Positions 35,106 to 50,737 of a stretch of 64,000 nucleotides of DNA are shown piece by piece. The DNA comes from the human T2T-CHM13v2.0 reference genome, Homo sapiens, in assembly GCF_009914755.1 (NCBI RefSeq), contig NC_060947.1; one strand, written 5' to 3'. The position numbers were made by a program, and so were the translations under genes. The notes below the pieces were generated by a model, which worked only from the letters and a program-made list of their open reading frames with translations, did no database searches and was not told the origin of the DNA. Position 1 is the stretch's first letter. Every line of letters begins with the position of its first letter.

Positions 35106-36061
35106 CTTGTTTGGAGCTCTAGTAGGTAGGTATGTGAAGGTAAGATGTCAGTCTGAAGAATGCATTCATTGAATGGGCAATGGAGGGAGGGGCCTTGATG
35201 GATTTTGAATGCAAGTTGCTTTTCAGAATTACACATTAGGAAGATCATTGGAATAACTGCATGTTAATGTAATCAGATGAGGTAGAGACTAGCCACTTGG
35301 AAAGTCTCTTAAGAGGGCATCTCACAATACATATCATGAGAGGACAGTATATTATCTTGTCAAATTCTCCACTTTGTGGATAAACTAAGGGGGCCCAGTT
35401 TGTGTGCTGGTGAGTGGACTCATTGGTGTGGTGACTGATGTCAAAAGGACTAGTTAGGATGGCCCATTCATCAGTTTGATTTGAATCAGGAACAGCCAGT
35501 AGAGCATATCTAAGATAAATTCTTTAGGGGGCATTGAGTAAAAAAATCTACAGAACAAATACAAATGTACAAAAGTAGGGGAGAGAAGCAAGATTCGGGA
35601 ACTGGAGGAGTGGTTAGAACAAGGAAGAAAGGAGTGAGATAAAAGTCATGGACAACACAAGGGTGACTTGGGAACAACATAAATGTCATGGACAACATCA
35701 CAGTGTCTTCACTTTGCCATAATGGGTAGGCAGGCTCATGAAATGAAATGAAGAGTCTGAGGTTAGGATGAATACTAAATAGAAGGATTGTTAATCATCA
35801 AAATTTCTATTATGTATATTCTACTGAAGGAACCAGAGCTGACATCTCGCATAGTCATCTACAGGCTAATTGCCAGCAAATTAGAAAATTCCATCTGTTA
35901 GAACCTCTCACCCTACTCAGTTAAAGTTTTACTATATCTAAAGAGTCAAAGTTAAACATTTGATAAACCAGAGAACCCATTATTAACCCATGTTAATAAT
36001 GCTGCAATGAACACTTTTGTTGGTTTTACTAACTCCAGAGTTTGACATTTCAGAAGATGAG

Positions 36062-36521
36062 TGTTATGGGATGAATTGTGTCTCCAAAAAAAAGATATGT
36101 TGGAGTCCTTACCCCCACTACTTTGAAATGTGACCTTATGTGGAGATAGGGAATAAACAGAAGTAATCAAGTTAAAATGATGTCATTAGAGTGGGTCCTA
36201 ATCCAATATGTCTGGTGTCCTTGTGAAATAGGGAAGTTTGGACAGACAGAGAGATACACACATAGAAAGAATGCCATGTGAAGATGAAGGTAGAGATTAG
36301 GGTGATGCATCTACAAGCTAAATGATGCCAAAGATTGCCAGCAAACCATTAAAACTAGGAGAGAGACTTAGAATAGATTCTCCCCCACAGCCTTCAGAAG
36401 GAACCAACCTTGCTGACACCTTGATCTAAGACTTCTAACCTCCAGAACTGTGGATCAATACATTTGTTTAAGCCACTCAGTTTGTGCTGCTTCATTACAG
36501 CAGCCTTAGCAAACAAATACA
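36062..36521 (+). mobile_element. MaLR LTR (MLT1B/C)
   Basis: tgttatgggatgaattgtgtctcc ... cagcagccttagcaaacaaataca. Confidence 0.9.
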
Positions 36522-36559
36522 ATGAGCTGTACGAGAAGACAGCATAGATGAAACAAAAA

Positions 36560-37081
36560 CCTAGAAAAGGTATAAGGAACTAAAACAACTCAATAGTAAG
36601 AAAATAAACAACCCATTTAAAACATGGGCAAAATACCTGAATTGGCATTTCTCAAAAGAAAACATCAAATGGTCAATATTTTTTTCAATATATGAAAAAC
36701 ATACTCAATATAACTAGTCATCAGAGAAATGCAAATCAAAACTACAATGAGACATCACCTCACACCTGTTAGAATGGTTATCAAAAATATGAAACATAAG
36801 AAGTGCTGGAGAGGATGTGGAGACAAAGGAAGCCTGGTACACTATTGGTGAGAATGTAACTTTGAACAGCCAATATGGAAAACAGTATGGAAGTTCCTCA
36901 ATAAATTAGAAATAGAACTACCATATAATCCAGCAATCCCACTACTGAGTATATATCCAAAGGAAATGAAATCAGCATGTCAAATATCTGCACTCCCATG
37001 TTCACTGTGGTAGTATTCACGAGAGCCAAGATATGGAATCAACCTAAAGTTCCATCAGTGGATGAACTGATAAAGAAAATG

Positions 37082-37126
<45 letters not shown>

Positions 37127-37580
37127 CACACACACACACAATGGCATACTGTTCAGCCTTAAAAAAGAAAGAAATCCTACCATTTGCAACAACACAGATG
37201 AACCTGGAATTCATTATGTTTAGTGAAACAAACCAGGCACAGAACGACAAATGCCATATGATATCAATTTATATGTGAAATCTAAAAAAGGCAAACTCAT
37301 AGAAGCAGAGAGTAGAATGGTGGTTGATAGGGGCTGGAGATGGAGAGGGAGGATTGGAAGATGTTGGTCAAAGGATACAAAATTTCAGTTAGGAGGAATA
37401 AGTTCAAGAGCTCTATGGTACAACATGGTGACCACAGTTAATAACAGTGTATTGTACACTTGAAAATAGCTAAGAGAGTAGATATTAAGTGTTCTTACCA
37501 CAAAACAAGATAAGTATGTGAGGTAATGCATATGTTAATTAGCTTGATTTAGTCATTCAAAAATGTATACATATGTCAAG
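36560..37580 (+). mobile_element. L1MA 3' end with internal (TA)n(CA)n at 37086-37140
   Basis: Degenerate ORF2 C-terminus plus L1MA 3' UTR. Confidence 0.9.
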
Positions 37581-37763
37581 ACGTTAAAAACAAGACCAGG
37601 GGAACTTTATGTGTTATAAAGTTAGGACAGTGCTACTAATGAAAATAATAATTAGCTGAGAATATATTTTGTGAGAAAGTGCTTTATTTGTGATAAATCA
37701 GGCTTAAATGTGTAGAAAATCCAATCTTGAACAAATAAACAAAATCGTTGCTTAGAACATTTT

Positions 37764-38058
37764 TTTTTTTTTTTTGAGACAGGGTGTCACTCTATCACCC
37801 AGGCTGGAATGCAGTGCTGCAATCATGTCTCACTGTAGCCTCAACCTCCTGGGCTCAAGCGATCCTCTGACCTCAGCCTCCTGAGCAGCTGGAACTACAG
37901 GCGTGCGCCACCATGCCCAGCTAATTTTTGTATTTTTTTTTAGACAGGAGGTCTCACCATGTTGCCCAGGCTTTTCTCGAACTTCTGGACTCAAGCAATC
38001 TGCCTGCCTCGGCCTCCCAAATTGCTGGGATTACAGGCATGAGTGCTTGCACCTGGCC
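37764..38058 (-). mobile_element. AluJ
   Basis: TSD agaacatttt / agaacgtttt. Confidence 0.92.
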
Positions 38059-38564
38059 AGAACGTTTTAAATAAGAGCTATGAGAGAATGAGATCCCCAA
38101 GAATACAGGAAATAGTCCTTTTCTAATTTGAAAAGCAGAGCATTTTTACTCTTGAAGCAATTCACCACTAAGTTTACTAAAGCGATAATGGCTTCCAAAA
38201 AGTCAAGGGGGAAGGAATAGAGTCAGGGAAAGAAGAAAGGAGCCAAATGGATGAATAAGGAAAGGAAGAACAAAGAATATCAACATGTATTACACAACTA
38301 TTTCTTGAAAAATGTGTCAGCTTGTACCAAGCTGGTTTCAACTAGCAAGTAACTAGTCAAACTCCTTTGGGTAAGGGAGGCAGTGATACAGAGTCCAGTG
38401 TGAATACCAACATGAATTTAACTATTTCAGAAAGACATTTCAAGGGCATTGAGTAGGCAGAATGTACTATATTCAAAAGCTACTAACATGCTAAAAACCA
38501 CAGCAAATGTTTAAATGTATTTGCCTAAATGTAATCAGCTGGAAGTTGCTTTTAAGAATCATCC

Positions 38565-39110
38565 TGTTCAATGAATGGATAAAGAAAATGTGCTGTATAA
38601 TATACACAATGGAATACCATTCCACCATAAAAAAAGAATGAAATCCCATCATTTGCAGTAACATGGATATAACTGGAGGTCATAGTGTTAAGTGAAATAT
38701 GCCACGCACGGAAAGAGAAATACCACATGTTCTCACTCACATGTGGGAGCTTAGAAAGTGTATTTTATGGAGGCAGAGAGTAGAATAATAGTAACCAGAG
38801 CCTAGGAAGTGTGGGTGGAGGTGAGATGAAGAGAGGTTGGTTCATGTGTGCAAACATACAGTTAGATAGAGAGAATAAGTTCTAAGGTTCGATAGCAGAG
38901 TACGGTGACCATAGTTAACCACAATGTATTGTATATTTCAAAACTGCTAGAAGAAAAGATTTGAAATATTCCCAACACATAGAGATCATAAATGCTCGAG
39001 GTGATGGATACCCTAAATACCCTGACTAAATCATTGCTCACTCTATGCATGTAACAAAATATGACATGTACCTCCTAAATATGAACAAATATTATGTGTC
39101 AATTTTAAAA
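38565..39110 (+). mobile_element. L1MA 3' end
   Basis: L1MA 3' UTR; TSD aagaatcatcct / aagaatcaacct. Confidence 0.88.
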
Positions 39111-39659
39111 AAGAATCAACCTATTAAATCTTTTGAAGTTAGAAATTTGGTTTCTCATACAGAACCTTTATTTCATCAAGAATAGAAAATATATTCTCTG
39201 GTTTTTACAGTTTTCTTGGTAGTTGGTCTTTGGTGCAGTGGTATGAATAATACAAAATTAAACCTGAATCCACCACATGTATTTGAGAGTGGAAATAAAA
39301 ATACTCTTGTATAATCTCTCCCCCCATAGATGTCTACAGTGAAAAAGTACAGTTTGATAAAGTGTCAAAACGCAGGAAGGAAAACAGAGTGACTGAAAAA
39401 TGTGGTGAAGCAGAGCAAAAAAGAAAAGCAATACTCCTAAGTGGGAACCTTTGAGACAATCTACCAATGAATAAGCATTTACTGAACAACTACTGTGTGA
39501 ATGGGGTTGTGCTGGGCTCCTTTTGGGACAACAAAACACATCTGATAGGATCTCTGTTCTGAAGGGGCTCACACAACCAAGAGGGTGATAAGAAAGACAA
39601 ACCTAGAAAGATACCTGAAATACATGCCAGTTCATGAAATGTGTCTTCTGATGGTATAA

Positions 39660-40530
<871 letters not shown>

Positions 40531-43072
40531 TTTTAAGTGGGAAACTCTAACTGCTCACTCCATCCACAACAAACAAACTTTCTGAAATCCCTACTCTGCG
40601 CCAAATACTAGGTATAAAAGGATAAGATATAGTTCCTACCCTATTATAATCACATATCCTTATCATTAAGCACACCAGCAACAGCAGCACCATCAATGTT
40701 GTTATCATCATCATCACCATCATCACTATCATTATCATCCTCCTCAAAATGCTGTTACTTAACTATACAACCTGTGGTCAATACACTTTCCTGAGTAGTG
40801 GGCCAAGATCCAACAACTTTTTCTTTCCAGGATAGATGAGTGTATGGGGTAAGAGTTAAGGGTACATCTGACTTTCGTGAAACTACCAGGGCTTGCAAAG
40901 TGATTTGAGTTACAAGGAAGACCCAAGAGGCCAGGCTATGTGCCAGTGCGAATTGGCCAACTTGTGCTATACCCCAGCAAGGCTGCTATCTGACTAGTTA
41001 ACATCCAGTTGGACAACTTCCTGCAATGGACCCATTCTTTGCCGATTACAGAGTTTCTTTAAAAGACCAACAGTCAAAACCAGACTTACAGTTTCTTGTT
41101 TTGGATCTTCCATGAAGGTGAGGCTCTTTGTGGAATAAAGAAAAGGAGTTCCTCGAGACAGGAAAGAGGTTACTATTAGCATAACTAACTGTAGCTAATT
41201 TTGTTATGGTAAGGTTCTAGGGTGGCCCTTATTTTCAGGAATTTAATTTCAGAACCTAAATTACCTCTTTAAAAGTAGAAATCACCCTACTTTCAGAGCC
41301 TTTGGTATTTCTAGAATATCCTGTTCATTCCTTCCTATGTTATATTTTCTGTTTATGTAACTGTCTCCCTACTAGGTTCTGAAATTTCCAAGGACAGAGA
41401 CTATGTCTTATCCATGTCTGTACCCCAATAACTTGCTCAGAGTCAGACAAACCTTTGTTGAAATATGTAGTTTTTCCTGCTTCTTCCCCTACCACAACAA
41501 TCAAATTTCTACCCCTTGGACACTGCTATTGAAGAGTACAAAGATACAGTAATAAAAAGGAAACATAAAGTTACTAAAAACTGAGCTTCGATAAAATTAA
41601 AATGAAGAGGAAGAAGAGGAGAGGAAGAAGAAAAAGGAGATATTCACGTTTGATGCTTTGCTCTTTCCAAGAAGGTAATACCTGGTATTCAGTTGAAAAT
41701 TTCCTCCATAAATCCTATCACCCATGTAAAAGTCTTTTCTGGAAGCAGATCAAAGTTTTGAAAACACCCTGTCAGAGACAGTATGACAGCTATGAATAGA
41801 ATGCAGCATGAATGCTAGATTACTCATGATGAGAAAGATAGCAACCCCAATGCTGCAACAGAAATAAAATACTAAGAGTTTGTATGAGTAACAAATGACA
41901 CCAACAGGCTGCACGTTTTACCCTCAGAGCTACAACAATCCCTTGAATTTTAACCATTTGTTTCTTTTTTTTTGTTTTGTGTTGTGTTTTCTGAAAGGCA
42001 AAAAAAAAAAATTATGAAGAAAAAGACCCAAAGAAAAAATTCCATGAAAAAAATGAATAGAGATATTACAGGAGCCAAAACATGAACAAAATCATTTCAG
42101 GAACAATCCTCTAAAAATAAGAAAAGAAACTGCCTTTTGCAAAGATGGGTCTTGCGATTCATCCCAGTGTTAATTATCAGGAAAAAACCCTGTAAGCACA
42201 AAGAACTTCATCCATAAACCAGTCTCACGTTAGGTACCATCAAGTCATCCTTAGCTAGGACAATTTTATAGGTGCCACAATATAAAGTAGGAATTTGGGA
42301 TCAGAACACAAGAAAGGAAGTTTCTAACTTACAACCTATTAATCAAACTCAGCCTTGGTTTTGAGCAAATCTTAATTCCAAAGTTATACTGCAGGCTAAT
42401 GTGGCCTCCAATTATATATATGTATGAGAAGTAACTCAGCCCAGGAGTGGCCTCTCTGAATCATTCTAGACAGATACGGTGAGTAGACCTACCACAATGC
42501 ATGCTCAAATCTCTAAGTTAAAGAAAGCTGGAATGGCCCCATCATCTGGAATTATTGGGACAGAGCTACCATTTACAAACCCACACGCTCCATGTTATTT
42601 GCTGCCAAAATTAAAATCCAAGCAATCTGCTTGGGAAATGATGAAGCCTGACCATCACGATACTTAGAGAGGAGCTGTAGTATGTCCTCAAGGCATTATT
42701 TATTATTGGTGTTTGCTTAGTTTCCCCCAAAAGTCTGTGGCTTATCCATAACATCTGGGCTTCATCGTTGACTGGAAAGCTTATGAGAGCCCTTGTGCTG
42801 AGTGAGGCAATGGAAACAGAAAATGATGTCGGAGGATTGTCAACAGGCATTTGAACATCGCCAAACATCATGTTATTTTCCAAGGAACATTGAGGATGCA
42901 AATAAAAATCAAGTAACACTTCTTCTTGGCAAAGGAATGGGCTTAATTTGCTTTTGTTTTCTTCTCTCTTGGTTTTAACTTGAACTAGGCTGCAAAGGAT
43001 CATGAAGACTTTATCAACTTTAGTTGCACTAAGATAAAGAGCTGTAGGTACAGTTTAAAAAGGAGAAATTTT

Positions 43073-43389
<317 letters not shown>

Positions 43390-43659
43390 ACAAATTTTAC
43401 GCAGTTGCATGAAGCAGCTCCCCTTATGGAGAATTCTACAGTTAAGTCACGTAAATTCCCTCTACTACAGTTAACTGCTTTGGGAATTTATCGGGAACTT
43501 TTGTTCCGCTTCTGCTTGTCCACTTGTCTGCCCTGTCCACAGCTATTTTTCAGCTATAGCGACAGATCTTTATTAGTCCTTCCTTTAAAGGGATCAGAGA
43601 TGGCAACACCTCCTCCAGAACATCAGAGTCCTTCATGTTCCAGCAATCTCTAGGTCATG

Positions 43660-43671
43660 GCCCCCTGGTGG
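43660..43671 (-). promoter_or_regulatory. Reverse-orientation CTCF core motif
   Basis: Minus strand reads gCCACCAGGGGGCca. Confidence 0.55.
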
Positions 43672-44162
43672 CTGGGTGGTGGTATGGAAGGGAGAAGCAA
43701 TGCCACTTTCACCTCTTACATCATCGATGCACTTGGTCTTTCATGATGAGGCCCATTTTTTTACTGTCACTGCTTCTTCCACTACCTCAAGCTGTTTAAA
43801 GCTGTTTAAGATCTCAGCATCTTTGTACATGCTTAGTGTACCTTCTGCCTGCCTGGAATGTGTTCTTCCTTGTTTGTCCAATTCCTTGTTATCCTTCAAA
43901 ATGTCACCTTTCTGCACCAGCAAGCCTTTGTTGTCCTCCGGGATAATATGGAGGGTTCCTCCTCCCATAACAGTTCCTTCATATCTCTGTTACCCTTATA
44001 ATCACTGATTTATTTATCTATGTCAATCATTGGCCCCCAAGTTTTTTCCCAAACAGGAAATCAATATAATTTGCCTTTGTATTCCCAGGCTTGAACATAA
44101 CAGGTTTAATAACTATTTAAGAGGCAGTTTAATAACTGTCTGTTCAACAAATAAAGTAGGAG

Positions 44163-44543
<381 letters not shown>

Positions 44544-45487
44544 CTAAGAAACATGCTGATTGCAAGTTCTCCATGCTAAAAAAATAATAATAGATTCCCT
44601 ACAACTTCAGAGAAGAGAGCACCCGATTCTCAAAGTTGAGGGAAAAATAGTGCAATCAAAAAGACGGGTTGAAAAGATTTTTTTCCATAAAGGGTCAGTA
44701 AATGTTCATTATCATGAGTTCTATATTCTCTATTTCAGTTACCCAAGTTGTCTGTTGTAACATGAAGGAAGCCACAGGTAATGTGTAAACAAATGCATAT
44801 GACTGTGTTCCAATAAAACCTTATTTCCAAAAATAAGCAGCAGGTTGAATTTGGCCTGCAGGCCTTAGTTTACTCATCTCTAATACAGAACGTCAAAGAA
44901 TTTAAAAGCATCAAGTTTAGTGTTTAATGAAAGGAGAAGTACTTTCATGTGTTCTCTAGAACCCCAGAAGGAGGGAAAAGCCTATGTAGGACATTTGTAT
45001 GTGGACATCATAAGGTTGACACACATTTTCAACAAAATACACTCATCATGCAAAACCAAACGGCTTTAATAACCATGAGCTATGTTACCATACCCAGTTT
45101 TGTGGGTGAATCTGAGTTTACTAGTCAGACTGGAGCAGGAAGCAAAATTTCAAAGGTTGGTAGTGCTACAAAGAGGTAGATAATCCTTCCTCCAATTTTC
45201 TTATTCCTGCTTACTACACTTTGAAAAGAAGTCAAAGCGTCATCTTAAACAATTTTTTAAACACCAGAAAGTCAAATGCTCCTAAAGTCATGCATTTTCT
45301 ATTTTCCATACCTCTTTTTTGATACAAATGTATTTTTCAAATCTTTTACTGTTTAGCATTCTCCTTATTCTAATGACAAATTTCCAGACAAATTACCCAT
45401 CAATCAAATAACAGCTATCTGTTAAGCACTTTCTGCAGGCCAGTCACAAACACTTTTTGCATGACAGTCTCTCAAAACTGAACATCT

Positions 45488-45670
45488 AGGGCAGGGGCCA
45501 CACCTGGACTGCAGCCTGTTTTTATAAACAAAGTTTAATTGGAACATAGCTACGTATAGTTTATGGCTGTTATTGTAATACAGAGTGAAGCAGTTTCAAC
45601 AGAGACCACAAGGCCTGCAAAGTCTAAAATATTCACTATTTATCCCTTACAGAAGATGTTTGCCAGCCCT
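45488..45670. mobile_element. MER58A-like MITE (a second piece at ~44760-44880)
   Basis: cctgtttttataaacaaagtttaattggaac...agaagatgtttgcca. Confidence 0.7.
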
Positions 45671-48569
45671 TGATCCAAAGTAAAGGATCCTAAGCAACAG
45701 AAATAGCCATCAGTAGAGGACAGGTTAAACAAATTAAGGGATCACTATTTTATAATTAATCTCCATATAATGGAACACTATAAAACCCTTAAAAACAAAA
45801 GCTAAAACAAAGGAAGCATATGTACACCCAGAGATATAAAACTATCTCCAAGGTATGTTAAGTATAAGAAATTGTATACAAATTATGCAGTATAATTTGT
45901 ACAAAAGTGGTATACATATAGATTCAGAAACGTGCATGCTTATAAATGCATACAATAACGCAGGAAGAATGGAAATGTATGCAAGACATTGCTATCACTT
46001 GTCTCTGGGTAAGTAAAATGGTAGACTCAGGACTAGAGATGAGAATGAGACCTTTAATAAAAGCACATATTGTTTAAGACCATTTGAATTTTTTATCTGT
46101 ATGTATACATGAACTATTCAACATTAATAAGTATATAAAAATAAAATAACATGTTTTGAAAATTGATGTATTAAAGAAAATCAAGTTTGGCTATGACCCC
46201 AAAGGAAATAAAGTTATATCTGGCCAACCCAAATTTTCTGCCAGCTCTGGACAAAAATGGACTAGTGATTTCAAGTTTCCCTATCCACCTCTGTTTTTCA
46301 TGTCAAAGAAGGGAAGCTGCAGAAAGCCCTGGCTTCCTTGGTATCAGGAAGCATTGGTTGTTCCACATGAACACCAAGGATGCAACATCTGGATGTCCAC
46401 ACATGGCTAGGGCAGTGAAACAAATTCAGACGGAGGCCAGTGGCAACAATCACAAAATGGAAGCACTGTGGGCCTACCACAGAAGCTGCTGGGGCAGGTG
46501 ATACAGCATGTCCTTTGGGAGGGGCCAGAGGCAGGGCTGACTCTATCCATATGCAACAAGAAAAGTGCTGCCCCACCTAAGCACCAGAAAAGAGAGCAGG
46601 AGCTCATAGGAAGGGCAAGAAAGCAAAAGCGACAGGGGTAATACATTATGAAGGGACTAGGCCAGACCTGAATACCAAGGATGACAACAAAATGAATAGC
46701 AGCCACACTGGGGGAACCACTTAAAAGGTGTGTGTGTAATTCTTTTTAAGAACATGCCAGAAGTTATATAAAATGAAAATTGCCTTTCAAAACTGTGGAT
46801 CTACCATATTAATTTGAGGAACTGCCCTCAGATCCACATCAGTAGTCTGTGAAACTGCAGTCTAGCAGCTTGTAATGGAAATGGCATGCTCATTCATTCA
46901 ATCTTAAAATGTTCCTGTATAGATTTTTAAAAAGCCCATTAGCATGTAATTGGTATATTAAGAAAACACAATGCTTAGAGTCAACAATCCCACATAATGG
47001 GATTATTATTTGGATTTGTTTCTTTTAAAAATGAAAATAACTTTATCATTTGAATGTTAGGAAGGTATAAACAACAGAGGAAACTATAAAACAAGGAGAA
47101 GGTTTAAAAACCACCTGAAGTTCCAAATTCAGGAATTATTTAACTTTCTGATTCCCATCAAAAAAAAAAAAACTTCTTGCCATCTAGCTAAAAGTCTCAA
47201 AATAGAGTAGCAGGCATTACCCTAGATGATTTGAAAGTTAAACCTCCTCTTTGCCACTCCAACACTAACAGTGACCTTCCCTCTGGCTCCCACCTTTGAA
47301 ACGCAATGTCACTCAAGGTTCAGTGGCTATTTTGAGAATAAGCAAATCAAATTACCCAAGACTTTTGCAAACTCACGCCTCCTAGAAAAAGTTAATAATG
47401 CCTTTATGTTAATTTGATTCACCTTCTAATTTTGGAACTTTATTACTTTGAACACATGTCAGCTGTTATACTTCTAGTTTAATTGCCTAATTGTGAAATT
47501 TCTATGCCATGTGTATTGGACTAACTTCTGCTTTGGGGAGAAAACCCACAATAAATAAAAGTTTTTTTAAAAGAGACATAAGGGCCATTGAGCACCTGGA
47601 AAAAATGCATAATTATAACCACACATTACTGTCATTTTTAAAAAAGACATTGAGTTGAAAAAAGAGAGGAAGAAATGAAAAATATGTTTTTATTAGAAAA
47701 TTCATAAGAAAATAAAAATGATATTAAGTGAATTCATTTGAAATAAGTAATTTATCAATATTAAAATTCCTTGAAGAAATTATTTACCAACTGTAATTTT
47801 GTGAGCCAAGAGTTGGAATATCCACTTATTAAAAAAATCATAAGATAATCCAATTTAATAATAATAAGTTCAAATATGTAAATAACAAAAGTAATGGAAC
47901 AGGCATTATGGAAATGTGTTATGAAGAAAACTCAGTATTATTGTTCTTTCTAGCTAATTTTCAATTGTATGAAATCTCACAAGATGTATATAATCAGAAG
48001 CACATTAACTGAGAAAAGTATTTCTCTCTCATATGCGTGCACATGCATATAAGTACATATCCACCTACTAATTAGAAAGATACTCCTGTAAGCCAGAATA
48101 GCACATCTCTGCAAAGATTGGAAACTTTGCAAACATTCATCATTCATAACAATTAAGAACTTGATTGCAGCTACAATCAAGTTCCTAATTTCACATCATA
48201 ACCTAAGTCTAGAAGGAACTGGCAGAAATTCACACTTATGTTTATACTTAAAATCAAAGTGAAGTTAAACTTCACTTTGAAGTTAAACTTCACCATAACA
48301 AATGCTGGTATTCTTAGTTTCGCCTGCAATGTGAAACATAATACTCTTTGATAAGTTACTGTTGGTTAACTTAAAATAATTTCTTGCAGGCCTTATTTTC
48401 AGTAACATGTCTCCGAGTATTCTTAGTTTTGACTTGTCACTTTTTTTAGTCTAGAGATCTAAAGCATTGTGTGTTAAAGGTCACAAAGAGAGGCAGCCTC
48501 TAAAACTACTCATTTATAAAACATTTTGTTGACATGTTAGCTTATCATTGTCAACAAAAAAATTCACAT

Positions 48570-49469
48570 AAGGTCTAAAAAGTGCTTTTATTCCAATGAA
48601 AAACAATAAAATGATAGATAGCAAGAATAGATAAATCAGTGTTCAGTGCAACTAGGAAGATTTCCAATATATACAGGTTAAATAATTCAACTTCCAATTA
48701 ATTAACTGGAGCTTATTATGCCTTTCTCTTTGCATGTTAATCATTATAAAAGAAACAAAATTTCAGTATTAGGTATAGTCTCTGTGAAGTATTTTTCCAA
48801 CTAGAATTTTTTAAAACCTTCAGAACACTATTGATTACAACTTCCATACAAATTTCCTTAAAAAAAGATTAAAAGTATTAATAAGGTATTAAGGAAACTC
48901 AAAGTTAGTACCTCAGTTTGCTTAAATTAAGGGCCCATAAGTGCTTAGGTATAGTACTTTTTATTTGACTTATCCAACAGAACTTTTTTTTTTAATAGAG
49001 TTCTGGTTTTATAATATATTCTTGAAGGAAAAAATATATCATTATTTGATATTTAATATTAATTCATCTGAACACAGTAAAATTTCTTAACAAAACCTAA
49101 TTATGAATATAAAAAGACTATTTCACATCATGATGAAAAGAAAACTGATTGCTAGCATTCTACGAGGAATAAACCAGACTTTATGACTTGTAACATGTAG
49201 TAACATTTTTATACAGCATTAGGTCAATTTCATGGATGCCTCAGCCTTTCAGTCTTGTATCTAGGCCAAAAGCACAGGCTTCTGGAAGCAAATGTTATGA
49301 ATCACATGACAAGTAGAATATGCCACTAAAAACAATCCCAAAAGTTGTTCTACTACTCCTGGCCAGGTCTCATGCCCTACAGGACTGGCTGGATGGAGCA
49401 CCTCCTATGCAAGGATAACCTCCTGGACAAATCTCATTGCCTCCTGGAGACTTTTTCCAAGGTTTGTCT
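48570..49469 (-). other. Candidate terminal exon with poly(A) site
   Basis: Acceptor gttttctccttcag|; AATAAA at 48592-48587 followed by a GU/U-rich element. Confidence 0.3.
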
Positions 49470-50579
49470 CTGAAGGAGAAAACTTATCCAAAGACTCTGA
49501 CCTTGGCATACAGGAGTAGAGAAGACACTCAGCCAGCTGATTAAAGTGCACAACATATTTTACCAGAAAGTAGGGAAATCTCAGAGTACTACTCTACTAT
49601 GTATAGTAAGGATACGGTTAGGGAGTTGCCCAATTTTCCTGGTAGCTCTGTGTGAAGCATAGGTACTAGTCTTTTCCTATTTCACATCAACAACTATCAC
49701 TGAATCTTAATTTTGAGGGTCATCACATCTCCAGTTGCTATTTCTCCCTGATTCTATTGCCCTGCCCCAGATCAGAAATGTTTTTCTCAGCACCTTCAGT
49801 TTTGGAGGAACAACATCCTCTTCTTTGGGCACCCCAGGCTCACAGATCAGTTTCAGAAAATCCTAGAAACACAATATGGCCTGAACTACCAGTAGGCTAC
49901 TCAGAACTATATTCATTCCTTTATGTTCTTCTCTGGATCCCAGCAGCTAGAAGTTTGGTAATTACATTTTCCAGACACCTTGCGATACAGTTCAGGGTGA
50001 GCTCACACAAATGAGATATATTCACAAGGCCTAAGAGAAGCCAAAGTCCAATATGGTGATGGCAGGCAGATGAACAGCCTTGGGCCAGTGGCCCATGGGA
50101 GGTGTTGCTAGATGCTTCCAGGTACAGTAGGTATCTGAGACCATCAATGGTGCCTGCCTGCTGTTATTATCTTCCTAATTTCTTGAATGCTAGTTGAAGT
50201 CCTTTTCAATTCTTTAGAAAGCCTCTCACTCCTGTAATAAATCTTTCTTCTTGAAATATCTAAAGGTTTTATGTTTTCCCAACTGAATCCTTGCCAGCGC
50301 AGAATGGCTTAGTCATAACTCAGGTGCACTGTCGGTGGAAGGGCCAAAGGGGGTTAACTGGCCTCCATAGAAGCAGTTCAGGTACCAACAGCAGATAACA
50401 AGCAAAGGTTCAAGAAATCAGACTGAGTCCAACATAAGGGATGGCAATTGTCAAGGAGGGACCTATTCAGAGCTGGCTATCAAACGCAATATTCTAGCTC
50501 CTGGGAGAAACAGCATCCACTAAAATTCAAAATTCAGTGTTGACATTTGAGATAGTGATGCACTTCCTCTTCACCCCAG

Positions 50580-50737
50580 ATACGAATTTAGTGCAAGTAC
50601 GATAGAGATTGTGTGTAAACCAACACATGGTACTCATGGTGTCCTGGTTGGTGATGCAGAAAATATGGACTATAGTGTTCATGGTGCTGATAATCCACCA
50701 GAGGCTGACAGCAACAGTGAAGGAGGTTTCCTGGAAG
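50580..50737 (+). other. Candidate internal exon (158 nt, one open frame)
   Basis: cttcctcttcaccccag| ... GAAG|gtgaga; gene not recognised. Confidence 0.3.

Noticed and set aside
40547-40747. Met/Ile/Val-rich hydrophobic ORF
   Set aside because: Produced by a (CAT)n/(CAC)n simple repeat.
42611-43003. 130-aa ORF in unique sequence
   Set aside because: No recognisable domain or convincing splice sites; length compatible with chance.
46156-46706. Four overlapping ORFs on both strands
   Set aside because: Locally higher GC lowers stop density; no recognisable protein and a weak donor.
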